This document shows positions 1-10,121 of a stretch of 53,780 bases of DNA, one piece after another (position 1 is the stretch's first letter; each line of letters opens with the position of its first letter). A program made the position numbers and the translations under genes. This stretch comes from an uncultured Desulfovibrio sp. (GTDB taxonomy: Bacteria; Desulfobacterota; Desulfovibrionia; Desulfovibrionales; Desulfovibrionaceae), in the NCBI GenBank assembly GCA_964633375.1, contig CAZWGJ010000002.1:1-53780 (forward strand), written 5' to 3'. Below the pieces are notes generated by a model that was not told the origin of the DNA, searched no databases, and was given only the letters and a program-made list of their open reading frames with translations.

Positions 1-2
1 CC

Positions 3-1097
3 CTCTATGCTGAGCACCAAGAGCTTTGGGCAAAAAAGGACGCTTCATCGCATCCTTCATCGGGGTCTTCATCGGATTCTTCCCGCATCACCAGCATTTT
101 CTTTGGCGGGGGCACGCCAAGCCTGCTGCAGCCCGCCGACATTGCCGCCATCCTGGACGCTGTCGCAGCCTCATTTTCCATCGCCGAGGACTGCGAGATA
201 AGCATGGAGGCAAACCCAGACTCCCTTGCCGGCAAGGAGCAGGTCAAGGCGCTGGCCTCTGCCGGCATAAACCGCCTCTCCCTTGGTGTGCAGAGCATGG
301 AGGACGCCGAGCTTGCCATGCTTGGCCGCGTCCACAATGTCTCCCAGGTCTATGCTGCCTGCTCAGCCATACACACTGCCGGCATCCCCTCCCTCAACCT
401 TGATCTCATGTGGGGGCTTCCAGGACAGAGCAAAGAGGGCTGGCTTTCCACCTTGGAAAAGGCCCTGCAGCTTTCCCCTGACCACCTCTCCTGCTACGCC
501 CTGACGCTGGAGCTGGGCACGCCGCTCGCAGCCAAAGTCTCAAAAGGCGAGCTTGTCCTGCCCAATGAAGACGAAACCGAGGCCATGTACCTGGAAGGCG
601 CAGAGCTTTTGGAAAGTGCAGGCATCTTCCAGTACGAGATATCGAACTATGCCAAGAAGGGGCATCAATGCCGCCACAACTTAGGCTACTGGCACCAGGA
701 CGACTATCTGGGCGTCGGCCCCTCCGCAGTCTCTACAGCCGCAGGCACACGCCTGACCGCCCCGGCTGACTATGCGCTCTGGGAAAAAGCCGTGCAGGCA
801 GGGGAGCTGCCGGCAGCCCGCGAGGACATCAGCGGCAGGGCAGAAGTTGAAGAGATGATCATGCTGCGGCTGCGCACCACAGAAGGCCTGCCCTACGCTC
901 TCTACAGGCAGGCGGCAGGACGGGACTTTGCCGGCGACTTCAGCGATTTTCTTGCCGTCCTGAAGGACGCAGACCTTGTGCGGATGACAAATGACAGCGT
1001 CTGCCTGACGCGCCGCGGGCTGCTGGTTTCAAACGACATCCTGGCCAGGCTGTTTGACATGCTGGACAAGCTGCCAGACCAGGAAGCTCTCGCTTAA
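3..1097 (+). CDS. hemW: Radical SAM heme chaperone HemW (HemN-like), 5'-truncated by the window edge
   Basis: Frame is open from base 3. Motifs ITSIFFGGGTPS, EANP, NRLSLGVQS, NLDLMWGLPGQ, HLSCYAL, QYEISNYAK and CRHNLGYW. The CxxxCxxC motif lies upstream of the window. Confidence 0.88.
   Translation, partial: LYAEHQELWAKKDASSHPSSGSSSDSSRITSIFFGGGTPSLLQPADIAAILDAVAASFSIAEDCEISMEANPDSLAGKEQVKALASAGINRLSLGVQSMEDAELAMLGRVHNVSQVYAACSAIHTAGIPSLNLDLMWGLPGQSKEGWLSTLEKALQLSPDHLSCYALTLELGTPLAAKVSKGELVLPNEDETEAMYLEGAELLESAGIFQYEISNYAKKGHQCRHNLGYWHQDDYLGVGPSAVSTAAGTRLTAPADYALWEKAVQAGELPAAREDISGRAEVEEMIMLRLRTTEGLPYALYRQAAGRDFAGDFSDFLAVLKDADLVRMTNDSVCLTRRGLLVSNDILARLFDMLDKLPDQEALA
43..78 (+). repeat. Imperfect 3 x 12-bp tandem repeat (CTTCATCGnnnn) inside hemW, encoding a Ser-rich insertion
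   Basis: cttcatcgcatc / cttcatcggggt / cttcatcggatt. Confidence 0.7.
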
Positions 1098-1852
1098 TGC
1101 CACGCTGCCAGGAGCTGGATCTTTGCCATGTGCTCCAGCTCCTCACAAATGCTGAGCGCCTCAGCACCCGTGCTGCCGACGGCGCACAGCCCATGCCCTT
1201 CCATGAAGACGGCCCTGATGCAGGGGGCAGCAAAAGCCTCTCCTACGGCCAGTCCCAGCTCGCGGCTGCCGTTGGGATAAAAGGGGACGCTTGCGACAGC
1301 CTTCTTCCATATGCCGGACTCAAGCAGGGGCATCTCCAAGAAGCGCTCCTTATGCTCCCTGCATCTCAGAGACAATGCCAAAAGGTGCGCCGGATGCACG
1401 TGCAAAACAGAGCGCGTTTCAGGCCTTTGGGCATAGACTGCGGCATGCATGGGCATTTCGCTGGAGAGCCGGCATCCTGCCAGATGGTTTCCTTCCAGGT
1501 CGGACAGTGCAAGGGATGCTGAAGACATATGTCCCTTGGCCACGCCAGTCCCTGTGACAAGCAGGACGTCTTTTGCTGTGCCTTCGCCAATCCTGAGGCT
1601 CATGTTGCCGTTGAAGCCGCGCATAAGCCCGGTTTCCCAGGCGTCCCGGCACACAGACGCCATGCTCTCTATGGCGGAGGCTGCATCCCTCCGGCAGAAA
1701 TTGTACTCCCTCTCCAAAGAAGCCGGCCAGTCCATCTGGACAAGCCACTCTTCGCCCAGGCTGCGCTTCCTGCCGCCTGCTGTGCTGTCAGTCATCATCG
1801 TCTCCTCCATCGTCCTCTTTGCCGCCCTGCCTCCGTCAGACATTCCGCCCAA
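1094..1852 (-). CDS. Class II aldolase/adducin family protein
   Basis: GNMSLR, TGTGVAKG, SSEMPMHAAVY, VLHVHP and MEGHGL metal-binding motifs. Start codon uncertain. Confidence 0.85.
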   Translation of the reverse strand: MGGMSDGGRAAKRTMEETMMTDSTAGGRKRSLGEEWLVQMDWPASLEREYNFCRRDAASAIESMASVCRDAWETGLMRGFNGNMSLRIGEGTAKDVLLVTGTGVAKGHMSSASLALSDLEGNHLAGCRLSSEMPMHAAVYAQRPETRSVLHVHPAHLLALSLRCREHKERFLEMPLLESGIWKKAVASVPFYPNGSRELGLAVGEAFAAPCIRAVFMEGHGLCAVGSTGAEALSICEELEHMAKIQLLAAWH

Positions 1853-1868
1853 TCAAAGACGTCACTCT

Positions 1869-2900
1869 CTAGCTGCTGAAATGGTCGTAGCCGTGCAGAT
1901 TGTCCACGCACTCGTTGTTGCAGACAATATGCCCGGAGTCTGTCACCACGCCCAGCTCCCAAAGGGCCGGGATGGCGGCATGCAGAGACTGCAGCATGTC
2001 AGGGGCGCAGGTGCCGAGCAGAGCATAGTCGTCCCCGCCGATCAACGCTTCATGAACGGGGTTGGCACCGTTCTGCCGGCACCAGTCTATGATTTCCTTG
2101 TGCAGGAGGCCCGCCGGCAGCAGAAGCTCTGCGCCAAGCCCGCAGGAAGCCTCGCAATCGCCGGATCTCCTGGCTGTCAAACCCAGCAGCCTTGGCAGGT
2201 CAGTGGCCAGACCGTCCGACACGTCCATCAGGGCAGGAAGGCGCGTATTCTGGCCGGCACGCGCCAGCATCAATCCGGCATCCACAAAGGGCTCGGGCCT
2301 GAGCAGAGCCTTGCAGGCATTGGGCCAGCTGTTTTCGGCCTCCCTGCCTTCTTTTTCCAGGACGTGCAGGCCTACGCGGGCAAGGCCCACCCTGCCCACT
2401 ACAAAAATGACGTCGCCGGGCAGGGAGCCGCCGCGGCTCAAAAAGCCGGTATTGGGGCTTTCCTCGCCAAAGACAGTAATAGAAACCAGGATCTTGTCGC
2501 TCTTGGACAAGTCGCCTCCGACCAGGGTCAGGCCGTATCTTGAGGCAAGCATCCCCATGCCGCCAAAAAAGTCGTCCAGCCATGCGGCATCGACTGAAGA
2601 AGGAAGCCCTAAGTTCATGGTAAAGGCAAGAGGCCTTGAACCGCAGGCTGCGAGATCGCTGACATTGCACGCCAGGGCCTTGTGCCCTATCTCCTCCGCC
2701 GAGGTGTAGGACCTTCTGAAGTGGATGTCTTCCAGGAACAGGTCGGAGCTTATGGAGAGCGGCCTGCCGCTGGTCAAAAGGGCGCAGTCGTCCCCGCGCC
2801 CCAGCGCCACTTCCTTTTTGCTGCGCTGCGGGAAGTAGCGGTCCAGCGCGTTGAGAATGACATCTTCAGACAAAGGGCGTCCTGCGTTTTCAGCACTCAT
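1869..2900 (-). CDS. thiL: Thiamine-phosphate kinase
   Basis: GDDCA, EDIHF, IGHKALACNVSDLAACG, LVGGDL, MDVSDGL and GGDDYALL. Confidence 0.95.
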   Translation of the reverse strand: MSAENAGRPLSEDVILNALDRYFPQRSKKEVALGRGDDCALLTSGRPLSISSDLFLEDIHFRRSYTSAEEIGHKALACNVSDLAACGSRPLAFTMNLGLPSSVDAAWLDDFFGGMGMLASRYGLTLVGGDLSKSDKILVSITVFGEESPNTGFLSRGGSLPGDVIFVVGRVGLARVGLHVLEKEGREAENSWPNACKALLRPEPFVDAGLMLARAGQNTRLPALMDVSDGLATDLPRLLGLTARRSGDCEASCGLGAELLLPAGLLHKEIIDWCRQNGANPVHEALIGGDDYALLGTCAPDMLQSLHAAIPALWELGVVTDSGHIVCNNECVDNLHGYDHFSS

Positions 2901-2923
2901 ATCCTTGCACCATCCTGTTTTCG

Positions 2924-5191
2924 CTAGGCCAGCTTCTGCACAAAAAGGTAGGAAGCGGCAATCGTCTTCCTCCCAAACCCTGGGAAGTCCACGACAATCT
3001 TGTCAGGCTCCACAAAGCCCAGGATGCGCCCCTCCCCAAAGATGCGGTGGCGGCAGGCCCTGTGCTTTCCCTCTGCTATCTCGCCAAGGCACGAAGAGGC
3101 ATGGACATAGGGCTGCTCCTGTACAGGAGCCTCGGCTGAAGTCTCAGAAGACGCCTTGGCGGCAGAATCGCCGCCAGCCTGCACAGACTGCTTTTTCTGC
3201 ACATCCTGCGCCGCTGATCCGGCAGCCTTTTCAGCACTTCCCCCTCGGCAGACAAGGCGCCCCCTGCTGGACCCTGCACAGCGCCTCAATGCCGGCACAA
3301 ACTGGACGTCATCAAGGAAGATGCTGGGGTCGCAGGCGTCCCAGCCGCCGTACTGGCGGCAGGAATCGTAGTAGAAGAGGAACAGCTCGTCCTTTGCCCT
3401 GGTGCAGGCGACATACATGAGCCTGCGCTCTTCCTCCATCGACTCCTGGCGGTTTTCAGCAAAATGCGAGGGGAAGCGCCCCGACACCAAATCCAGGACG
3501 ATGACCGTGTTCCATTCAAGGCCCTTGGCCGAATGGATGGTGGAAAGCGTGACGCACTCTCCGTCCTCTTCCTTCTTGTCCACGCTGTCCAGCTGCATTT
3601 CAGCCAGGAAAAGGTCCAGCATGTCCGCATCCTGCGCCATGACGCGCAGCTCGTCGAGGCCGTGCTCGCGCATGGGGTAGTCCTCGGGATAGAGTTCCTC
3701 AAAGTGCGGCTGGTAGATGTCCATGACTGCGTCCATGATGTCGCGGACCTTCATGTTGTCCTGCCCCTCGCGCAGGGTCTCCAGCTGCCCTATCTCCTCA
3801 AAGAAGGCAGGGTACTTTGCGGCCATCTTCTCCCGGCTCTCTTCCTCAGCCAGGGCGGCAAACATCTTGGCTGCCGTCTTGGCGCCCACCCTTGGCTGCA
3901 TGCCGGCCAGACGGGTGAAGGCTATCTCGTTGTCCGGATTGACGATGAAGTTGAGGTAGGCCATGAAGTCCTTGACATGGGCTGCCTCCTGGTAGCGCAG
4001 GCCGCCGTACTTGCGGAAGGGGATGCCTAAGGACGTCAGGGCAGCCTCAGTCTGGAAGGACTGGTAGCCCACCCTGAAGAGCACCGCAAATTCGGACGGC
4101 TTCCGCCCTTTGTCCCTGATCTGGGAGGCGATGTAGCCTGCCACGCACGTTCCCTGATCCCCGTCTGAGGAGCACTTGACCATGTGCACGGGAACGTCTT
4201 CTGTGCGCTGCGCCTCAAGGTGCTTGGCATACGACTCCTGGGACTGGCTCATCACCGCATTGGCGACGTCCAGCACGGACTGGACAGATCGGTAGTTCTT
4301 CTCCAGCGGTATGATTTTGGCGCCTGGGAAGAGCTGGGAAAATTCCAGGATGTTGCGGACCGTTGCGCCGCGGAAGCTGTAGATGGACTGGGCTTCGTCG
4401 CCGACTGCCATGACGGATCGGTCGGCGTGCATATCCCCGGCAAGCAGCTTGACCAGGCGCGCCTGCACCAGGTTGGTGTCCTGGTATTCGTCCACCAGGA
4501 TGTGCTGGTAGTGGTCCTGCAGCTTGGCGCGCACATCGGGATCCGTCCGCAGAAGCGCTTCCAGCTCAAAGAGCAGGTCGTCGTAGTCCAGCACAAAGGC
4601 AGCCCTCTTCGCCTCTGCATACTCTTCCTGCAGGGTGCGGAAATCATCCGCAAAGTTCAGCAAATGGACAGCCTCGCGCTTCAGGATGTCCTGAATGACT
4701 GCTTCCTTGTTTTTTGCCTTGCTGATGAAGCCAAGCACGGCCTGTATCTTGGGGAAGCCCTTGACTCCCTTGCCGATGCCCTTTTCTTCCTTGATGCCCT
4801 TGAGCATGTCCTGCTGGTCGGCAGCATCCAGCACGGTGAAGGAGTGCCCGCCAAGCCATTCGGGCTTGTATTCACGCAAAATGCGGTAGGCAAAGGAGTG
4901 GAAGGTTCCGCCTGTCAGCCCGTGCAGGTCGCCGGGCATGCCGTCCATCTCGCCCTCGCCGCCGCCAAGGAGCACCTGCGCCCTGTCCAGCATCTCCTTG
5001 GCCGCCTTTCTGGTGAAGGTCAGAAGCAGGATGTTCCACGGCGGCACGCCGTGCTCCACCAGCCAGGCCAGCCTGTAGACGATGGTCCTCGTCTTGCCCG
5101 TGCCTGCGCCGGCAACGACCAGCATGGGGCCTGTCCCCGCTGAAACGACTTTGTACTGCGATGCGTTGAGAAGCTCCTGATAGGGAATCAT
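2924..5191 (-). CDS. ATP-dependent DNA helicase, UvrD/PcrA/Rep family
   Basis: Walker A AGAGTGKT, LTFTRKAA, TFHS, VDEYQDTN, VGDEAQSIYSFRGA, NYRS, STIHSAKGLEW, EERRLMYVACTRAK and C-terminal HRIFGEG. Start MIPYQELL follows a GGAGG RBS. Confidence 0.93.
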   Translation of the reverse strand: MIPYQELLNASQYKVVSAGTGPMLVVAGAGTGKTRTIVYRLAWLVEHGVPPWNILLLTFTRKAAKEMLDRAQVLLGGGEGEMDGMPGDLHGLTGGTFHSFAYRILREYKPEWLGGHSFTVLDAADQQDMLKGIKEEKGIGKGVKGFPKIQAVLGFISKAKNKEAVIQDILKREAVHLLNFADDFRTLQEEYAEAKRAAFVLDYDDLLFELEALLRTDPDVRAKLQDHYQHILVDEYQDTNLVQARLVKLLAGDMHADRSVMAVGDEAQSIYSFRGATVRNILEFSQLFPGAKIIPLEKNYRSVQSVLDVANAVMSQSQESYAKHLEAQRTEDVPVHMVKCSSDGDQGTCVAGYIASQIRDKGRKPSEFAVLFRVGYQSFQTEAALTSLGIPFRKYGGLRYQEAAHVKDFMAYLNFIVNPDNEIAFTRLAGMQPRVGAKTAAKMFAALAEEESREKMAAKYPAFFEEIGQLETLREGQDNMKVRDIMDAVMDIYQPHFEELYPEDYPMREHGLDELRVMAQDADMLDLFLAEMQLDSVDKKEEDGECVTLSTIHSAKGLEWNTVIVLDLVSGRFPSHFAENRQESMEEERRLMYVACTRAKDELFLFYYDSCRQYGGWDACDPSIFLDDVQFVPALRRCAGSSRGRLVCRGGSAEKAAGSAAQDVQKKQSVQAGGDSAAKASSETSAEAPVQEQPYVHASSCLGEIAEGKHRACRHRIFGEGRILGFVEPDKIVVDFPGFGRKTIAASYLFVQKLA

Positions 5192-5280
5192 GGGGGACCT
5201 CCAGCCTGCCGCAACCGGCAGGAAAACCGGCAGGCACCTGAACCTTTCAGGCAACTGCTCTGCTCTTTGTCTGCGCTCTT

Positions 5281-6666
5281 CTATTCTGTTTTTTGCTGCC
5301 CTGCCTCTTGGGCTGCAGCCCTGCTTTCCTTCTCTCCCGCCAGGCCGCGGACAATGGCGCCTATGCTGACGCCAAAGCTCAGCATGGCGTGCCCGAACCA
5401 CCACATGCGCAGCAGCTCATGACCGAAGACGGCATTGGCAAGCCAGGTCAGCCAGGCCAGGGCAAAGAGCCCTGCAAGCTGCCAGTACAACTTGCAGGCG
5501 CCGGGCGTTTCACTCTCCCCCTGCACAGGAGGCTGCCAGGACTCCGCCAGGCGCGGCACGATGTGCCTGGCCAGCCAGAACAGCGTGCCGAAGAGGAAGG
5601 TGTAGCCGAAGACAGCGCCCACGACGCCTGTGGAGCACAGGATGTCCAGGTACATGTTGTGCGGGTGGGAAATGGTTATCACGTCGCAGGCAGGAACAAG
5701 CCCGAGCATCCTGAAGGCCGTGTTGTACATGTCTATGCCGGCGCCAAAGACAGGATGCGCCAGGAAAATGCTCCAGCCAAGGGACCACAGGCTCCAGCGT
5801 CCGTCCTGCGACACATCCTCGTAGTTGAACCTGTTGACCTGGAAATTCTGCAGCAGAAAGAGCGCCAGCCCGACAAAGACGGCTATGCCTATCAGGTACA
5901 GCCAGCTCTTCTTCGAGCGGAAGCAGACAACCCAGGCTGCTGCCGACACGGTCAGGGCCAGCATGGCCGACCGGACTGCGCTGCCCATCAGCGTGAACAC
6001 GCCGGGGAAGAAGAAGAGCACGCACAAAAGGAGGGCATTGTGCGGGAGCATCTTGTCCTTGGCGATGTACCAGAAGCCAAAGGCAGGGACAAAGCTCAGG
6101 GCCAGGTAGTTGCCGATCTCATAGTCGTCCATGACCGAGGTCAGCCTGCCGGCGTTGGGCGGATAGCCCATAATCAGGTCTATGCCGTTGACGGACTGGT
6201 AGATGCCGTCAAGCCCCACCCAGAAGACGGCCAGGGCAGCCGCTATCGTGAGCCTCTTCAGGTCTTTGAGGCTTCTGACGCACTCCATCCCCAAAAAAGG
6301 CAGCAGAAGACCCTTGTTGAGGGCTGTCCCCACCTCCAGCAGGGATCCCTTGGGATCGATGGAAAAGACGATGCCGATAAGGAGCATGATCCACAGGCAG
6401 AAGAACAAGGGCCACACCGGCAGGCGAGCCAGGACGCTGTTCTTCCAGTTGTAGCGGTAGTACAGGCAGAGGAAGATGGCGCAGAGGGGCGGCATCACCT
6501 CCCTGAACCCATAGCCTATGCTGTAGAAAAGCAGATGGACCCAAAAGGTCCAGAACAGGCAGCGGAACCAGAACTCTCCTGGATCCGTCCTTTTTAGCGT
6601 AAGCATTCTCTCAAGAAGGGAGGCGGCTCCCCCCTTCTTGTCTTCCGTCTCAGAAACTGCTGCCAT
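5281..6666 (-). CDS. O-antigen ligase (WaaL/Wzy_C) family membrane protein
   Basis: Many TM segments, R-x-x-LW...HPVFGAG and HPHNMYLDIL motifs, adjacent to wbaP. Confidence 0.85.
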   Translation of the reverse strand: MAAVSETEDKKGGAASLLERMLTLKRTDPGEFWFRCLFWTFWVHLLFYSIGYGFREVMPPLCAIFLCLYYRYNWKNSVLARLPVWPLFFCLWIMLLIGIVFSIDPKGSLLEVGTALNKGLLLPFLGMECVRSLKDLKRLTIAAALAVFWVGLDGIYQSVNGIDLIMGYPPNAGRLTSVMDDYEIGNYLALSFVPAFGFWYIAKDKMLPHNALLLCVLFFFPGVFTLMGSAVRSAMLALTVSAAAWVVCFRSKKSWLYLIGIAVFVGLALFLLQNFQVNRFNYEDVSQDGRWSLWSLGWSIFLAHPVFGAGIDMYNTAFRMLGLVPACDVITISHPHNMYLDILCSTGVVGAVFGYTFLFGTLFWLARHIVPRLAESWQPPVQGESETPGACKLYWQLAGLFALAWLTWLANAVFGHELLRMWWFGHAMLSFGVSIGAIVRGLAGEKESRAAAQEAGQQKTE

Positions 6667-6716
6667 GCGCTGTGTATCTCCAATGAGACGGTGCGTCGTC
6701 CTTTATGCTGCCAGGG

Positions 6717-8126
6717 CTAGTAGGCTCCCTTGCGGAACAGGACCACGGGCACCGTGCTCACCAATATCCATATATCGAACCAGACAGACCAGTTGGAAAC
6801 GTAGAAAAAGTCGTAACTGACCCGCTGTGCGTAGGTTGTATCATTTCGGCCCGAAATCTGCCACAAACCAGTTATGCCGGGCCTGACGCGTATGTACTCG
6901 TTGAAGACGGACCCGTACTTCTGCCGCTCGGCCTCCACAATGGGGCGCGGCCCCACCAGGCTCATGTTGCCGATGACGACGTCCAGCAGCTGCGGCAGTT
7001 CATCCAAAGACGTCCTGCGCAGGAAGTGCCCCACGCGGGTGATGCGCGGATCGTCCTTCAGCTTGTGGTCCCTGTCCCACTCCTCCTTCAGGGCGGGGTT
7101 GTCGGCCAGGTACTGCTGCAGGATCTCGTCGGCGTTGGCCACCATGGTGCGGAACTTGTGGACGCGTATCTCCTTGCCTCCGCGGCCTATGCGGCGCTGG
7201 GAATAGAAGACCGGTCCCTTTGAGTCCAGGCGGATCAGCAGCGCCAGCACGGCAAAGAGGGGGATGAGGATAAAGGAGGCTGCAAAGCAGAGCAGAAGAT
7301 CCATGCCGCGCTTGATGGCCAGACGGCGCTTGTCGTGCAGCCTCTGCTGCAAAAGGAGGCCGGTGGAGAAGTTGACGACATAGGGGGTGGCAAGGAAGGA
7401 GCAGACGTCCCTGTGCACAGGCATAACCAGAATGTGGCAGAAATGCCTGTTGACGGCAGCCAGAAGCTCGCTGTTCACAAAGTTCTTGTCCTCAGCCAGC
7501 ATGGCGACGCTGCCCGGGAACTGCCTTGCCGTCTGCGCCATCTTTTCGTGGATGTCCTCCGTCAGCTCGTCGGGCAGGTCCAGGAAGGCCACAGGGCGTA
7601 TGCCAAGCTCAGGATGCGCACGCAGGTAGTGCCAGAGCTCCTTGCCGGTGTTCGACCTGTCCATGCAGACAAGCGGAAGCCCCCACCAGGAGTAGCGGCA
7701 GAAGGTCTTCTCCACAAAATTCCTGCCCAACGGCACGGTAAAGCAGGCGATGAACCAGCTGAACACGATAAAGAGGCGCGAGTACACATGCCCGGTCTGT
7801 GCCAGGAAGAAGATGATCGAGACAAAGGCGAAGGTTATCGAGACATAGCTGAATATATGTGCCAGGCGCCTGTACGGCGGCTGCATGGACGGCATGGAAT
7901 ACAATCCCAGGCTTAAGGCGACAAGCGGAGAGCAAAAGAAGACGATGCCGAGCAGCATGGCAAGCTGCAGCGGAATGCTGAAGGGGCCGACCAGGAAGCG
8001 CAGGACAAAGCCGGCAAAGGTCGCCAGGGCAAGGCTTGCTATGTCCGACAGGATGTACAATGCCTTGTCCGGAGCAAGCCCGAAAGCCAGGCTCAGGCGT
8101 ATAATCAAAGGATAGTGTTGTTTCAT
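6717..8126 (-). CDS. wbaP: Undecaprenyl-phosphate hexose phosphotransferase (WbaP-like)
   Basis: N-terminal TM helices. C-terminal KFRTMV, DDPRITRVGHFLRRTSLDELPQL, MSLVGPRP and PGITGLWQISGR. Confidence 0.9.
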   Translation of the reverse strand: MKQHYPLIIRLSLAFGLAPDKALYILSDIASLALATFAGFVLRFLVGPFSIPLQLAMLLGIVFFCSPLVALSLGLYSMPSMQPPYRRLAHIFSYVSITFAFVSIIFFLAQTGHVYSRLFIVFSWFIACFTVPLGRNFVEKTFCRYSWWGLPLVCMDRSNTGKELWHYLRAHPELGIRPVAFLDLPDELTEDIHEKMAQTARQFPGSVAMLAEDKNFVNSELLAAVNRHFCHILVMPVHRDVCSFLATPYVVNFSTGLLLQQRLHDKRRLAIKRGMDLLLCFAASFILIPLFAVLALLIRLDSKGPVFYSQRRIGRGGKEIRVHKFRTMVANADEILQQYLADNPALKEEWDRDHKLKDDPRITRVGHFLRRTSLDELPQLLDVVIGNMSLVGPRPIVEAERQKYGSVFNEYIRVRPGITGLWQISGRNDTTYAQRVSYDFFYVSNWSVWFDIWILVSTVPVVLFRKGAY

Positions 8127-8380
8127 TTACTGACTGACCTGAAGCGAAGGACACTGCCTTTCCCCGCCCATGGGGCGGACCAGGCAAGAGAGCCGCTGTC
8201 AGCGAAGCAGAGGGGGGAATCCTGCAGCGAAGCCGCAGGGGCTGCGCTCTTTTTGCAAATGCGCAGGGAAAAAACAAGCCCCTCCCCCTGGGAAGCCAAG
8301 GGGACAGGCATAAAAAAGGGGGGAGCTGCAGCCATCCTGCGCTGCCTGCGCAAAAGGCTGCTTGAAAAAGAGTCCGGCGC

Positions 8381-8845
8381 CTACTTTGAAAGCGAGGCAA
8401 ACCACCCGCGCGACGCCTGGCCAAAGCACAGCGCGACGGCGCCAATCTCCATAAAGAGCACGAGCAGGCGGCTGATGCAGAAGCCCGGGGAGACAGCCGC
8501 AACCTGGGCAAAGGTCGCAGCATGGAAGACCAGGCTTATGCCGGTGCAGGCGACAAGCACCCATCTTGACCAGGGCAGGCAGCGGCTGATTATAAAGCCA
8601 AGCCCCGCATCCTGCACGGCGCTGAAGCCCATGTGCAAAAGGGCTATGCGCACAAGGGTCAGGGCTTCAGTCTTCTCCTCATGCCACTGGACCTGGCCGT
8701 TCAGGATAAGAAAGCAGGCTGAAATGAAGGCTGCCCCGTAGAGGCAGACGATGCCCATGCGCACGGACTCAGGCTTCTGGGGAAGGCTTTTCTCCGGCTC
8801 TTCCGGCAGAGCTGTGCGCTTCTTGGCTTTCTTTCTGCTGCGCAT
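8381..8845 (-). CDS. Hypothetical membrane protein
   Basis: Basic N-terminus followed by about 3-4 hydrophobic segments, GGGAG RBS, co-oriented with neighbours. Confidence 0.5.
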   Translation of the reverse strand: MRSRKKAKKRTALPEEPEKSLPQKPESVRMGIVCLYGAAFISACFLILNGQVQWHEEKTEALTLVRIALLHMGFSAVQDAGLGFIISRCLPWSRWVLVACTGISLVFHAATFAQVAAVSPGFCISRLLVLFMEIGAVALCFGQASRGWFASLSK

Positions 8846-8866
8846 GCCAGATCTCCCTGCGTTCCC

Positions 8867-9388
8867 TTAGTTCTTGGCAGCCTCGGCGCTCTGCTTGGCG
8901 TCCTCTTCCATCTGGGCCATGATCTTCTGGCCGGAAGGGGAATCCTTGTAGGAGGCAAAGAGGTCGCGCCACTGGTCAAAGTCGTAGAAGGTCTTGTCCA
9001 GCATCTCCTCGGCAGCCTGGATCCAGGCATTGAAGAGGTGCAGGGAGTTCTGGAAGAGCATGCTGTCAAAGCAGGCGGCAAGACCGCCGGTCGGAACAAG
9101 CGTTCCTTCCACTTCGTGGCGCACAAAGTTCACCACAGCAGAGCGGGAGTTCTCCAGGGTTGCCTCGCTGCCGTTGAGGGCCTCGGCCATGTCCTTGAGT
9201 GCTCCGTAGCGCTGGCTTATCTGGACCATGGCCTTTTCGGGGATGGAGATCCTCAGCTTTGGCTCCTCCTGCCCTTCCTCCACGCTTTCATCCTCTGCCA
9301 AGAAGTAAAAGCGGAGCCAGTTCTCAAAGATGATGGCGTCCATCATGCGGTTGACAGCCTTGGCAAAACGCTGCTGTTCTTCGGGCAT
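8867..9388 (-). CDS. Hypothetical protein (acidic, helical)
   Basis: 173 aa, AAGGAG RBS, host-like codon usage, protein-like MDAIIFENWLRFYF segment. Confidence 0.8.
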   Translation of the reverse strand: MPEEQQRFAKAVNRMMDAIIFENWLRFYFLAEDESVEEGQEEPKLRISIPEKAMVQISQRYGALKDMAEALNGSEATLENSRSAVVNFVRHEVEGTLVPTGGLAACFDSMLFQNSLHLFNAWIQAAEEMLDKTFYDFDQWRDLFASYKDSPSGQKIMAQMEEDAKQSAEAAKN

Positions 9389-9416
9389 TGTTCAATTCTC
9401 CTTATTTCCTGCCGCC

Positions 9417-10121
9417 TTAAAAAACCCAAGCATTCAGGGCGCAGACGGTGTCATAGCTTGTGACAAGCTCTTCTGCCTCTTCAAAAAGCGAGGCAGTCAG
9501 CTCCGATACGTTCACAAAATCCTCAAGAGTGTCGACATCCAGCCGGATGTCCGGACGCCTCAGCCACTGCTCCTCAGGATCGAAGGTGGCCATTGCATAG
9601 TCTTCCCTGTGGTTCCAGAGATAGTTTAAGCAGTGCTCCCTCTCTGAAGGGTCCTTGGCTTTGGCTGCCAGCTGCCCCAAGAGGTCAGCGCTGACAATTT
9701 CAGCACCCAGCCCGTCAGGCCAGAGGTTTCCCTTGGGGATGTGGTTGTAGCTGCAGTCGGCGCCGCTTTCAGCATGAAAGCGCACCAGGCGGTCTATGGC
9801 CTCCCACCAGACAAAGGGGTTGTCCGCGCAGATGCGGACGACCTGGTCTGCCTTGGTTTCCCTTGCCGCCAGGACAAACCTGCCAAGGACGTCCTCTTCA
9901 GCCCCCCTGACGACACGGACTCGAAGCTCTGACAGATGAAAGGCCAGCGGGTCGTCCAGCCTTGTGTCCGGGCAGGCGACGACGACCTCGTCCAGCAGGC
10001 TGGCCCTGCGCGTCCGCTCTACCACCCAGTCGATCAAAGGTCTACCGCGCAGGCAGAGCATGGACTTGCCGGGCAGCCTTGAGGAGCCCATCCTGGCCTG
10101 GATGACGGCTACAGTCCGCAC
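9417..10121 (-). CDS. SpsF/KdsB-like cytidylyltransferase
   Basis: VIQARMGSSRLPGKSM, DVLGRF, VVRICADNP, EREH and RLDVDTLEDF. Confidence 0.88.
   Translation of the reverse strand: MRTVAVIQARMGSSRLPGKSMLCLRGRPLIDWVVERTRRASLLDEVVVACPDTRLDDPLAFHLSELRVRVVRGAEEDVLGRFVLAARETKADQVVRICADNPFVWWEAIDRLVRFHAESGADCSYNHIPKGNLWPDGLGAEIVSADLLGQLAAKAKDPSEREHCLNYLWNHREDYAMATFDPEEQWLRRPDIRLDVDTLEDFVNVSELTASLFEEAEELVTSYDTVCALNAWVF

Noticed and set aside
5192..5404. 71-aa N-terminal extension of the helicase in the ORF track
   Set aside because: It overlaps the O-antigen ligase gene. The real start is MIPYQ at 5191 with a GGAGG RBS.
5293..6597. Long plus-strand ORF (434 aa)
   Set aside because: Antisense shadow of the O-antigen ligase, typical of high-GC codon usage.
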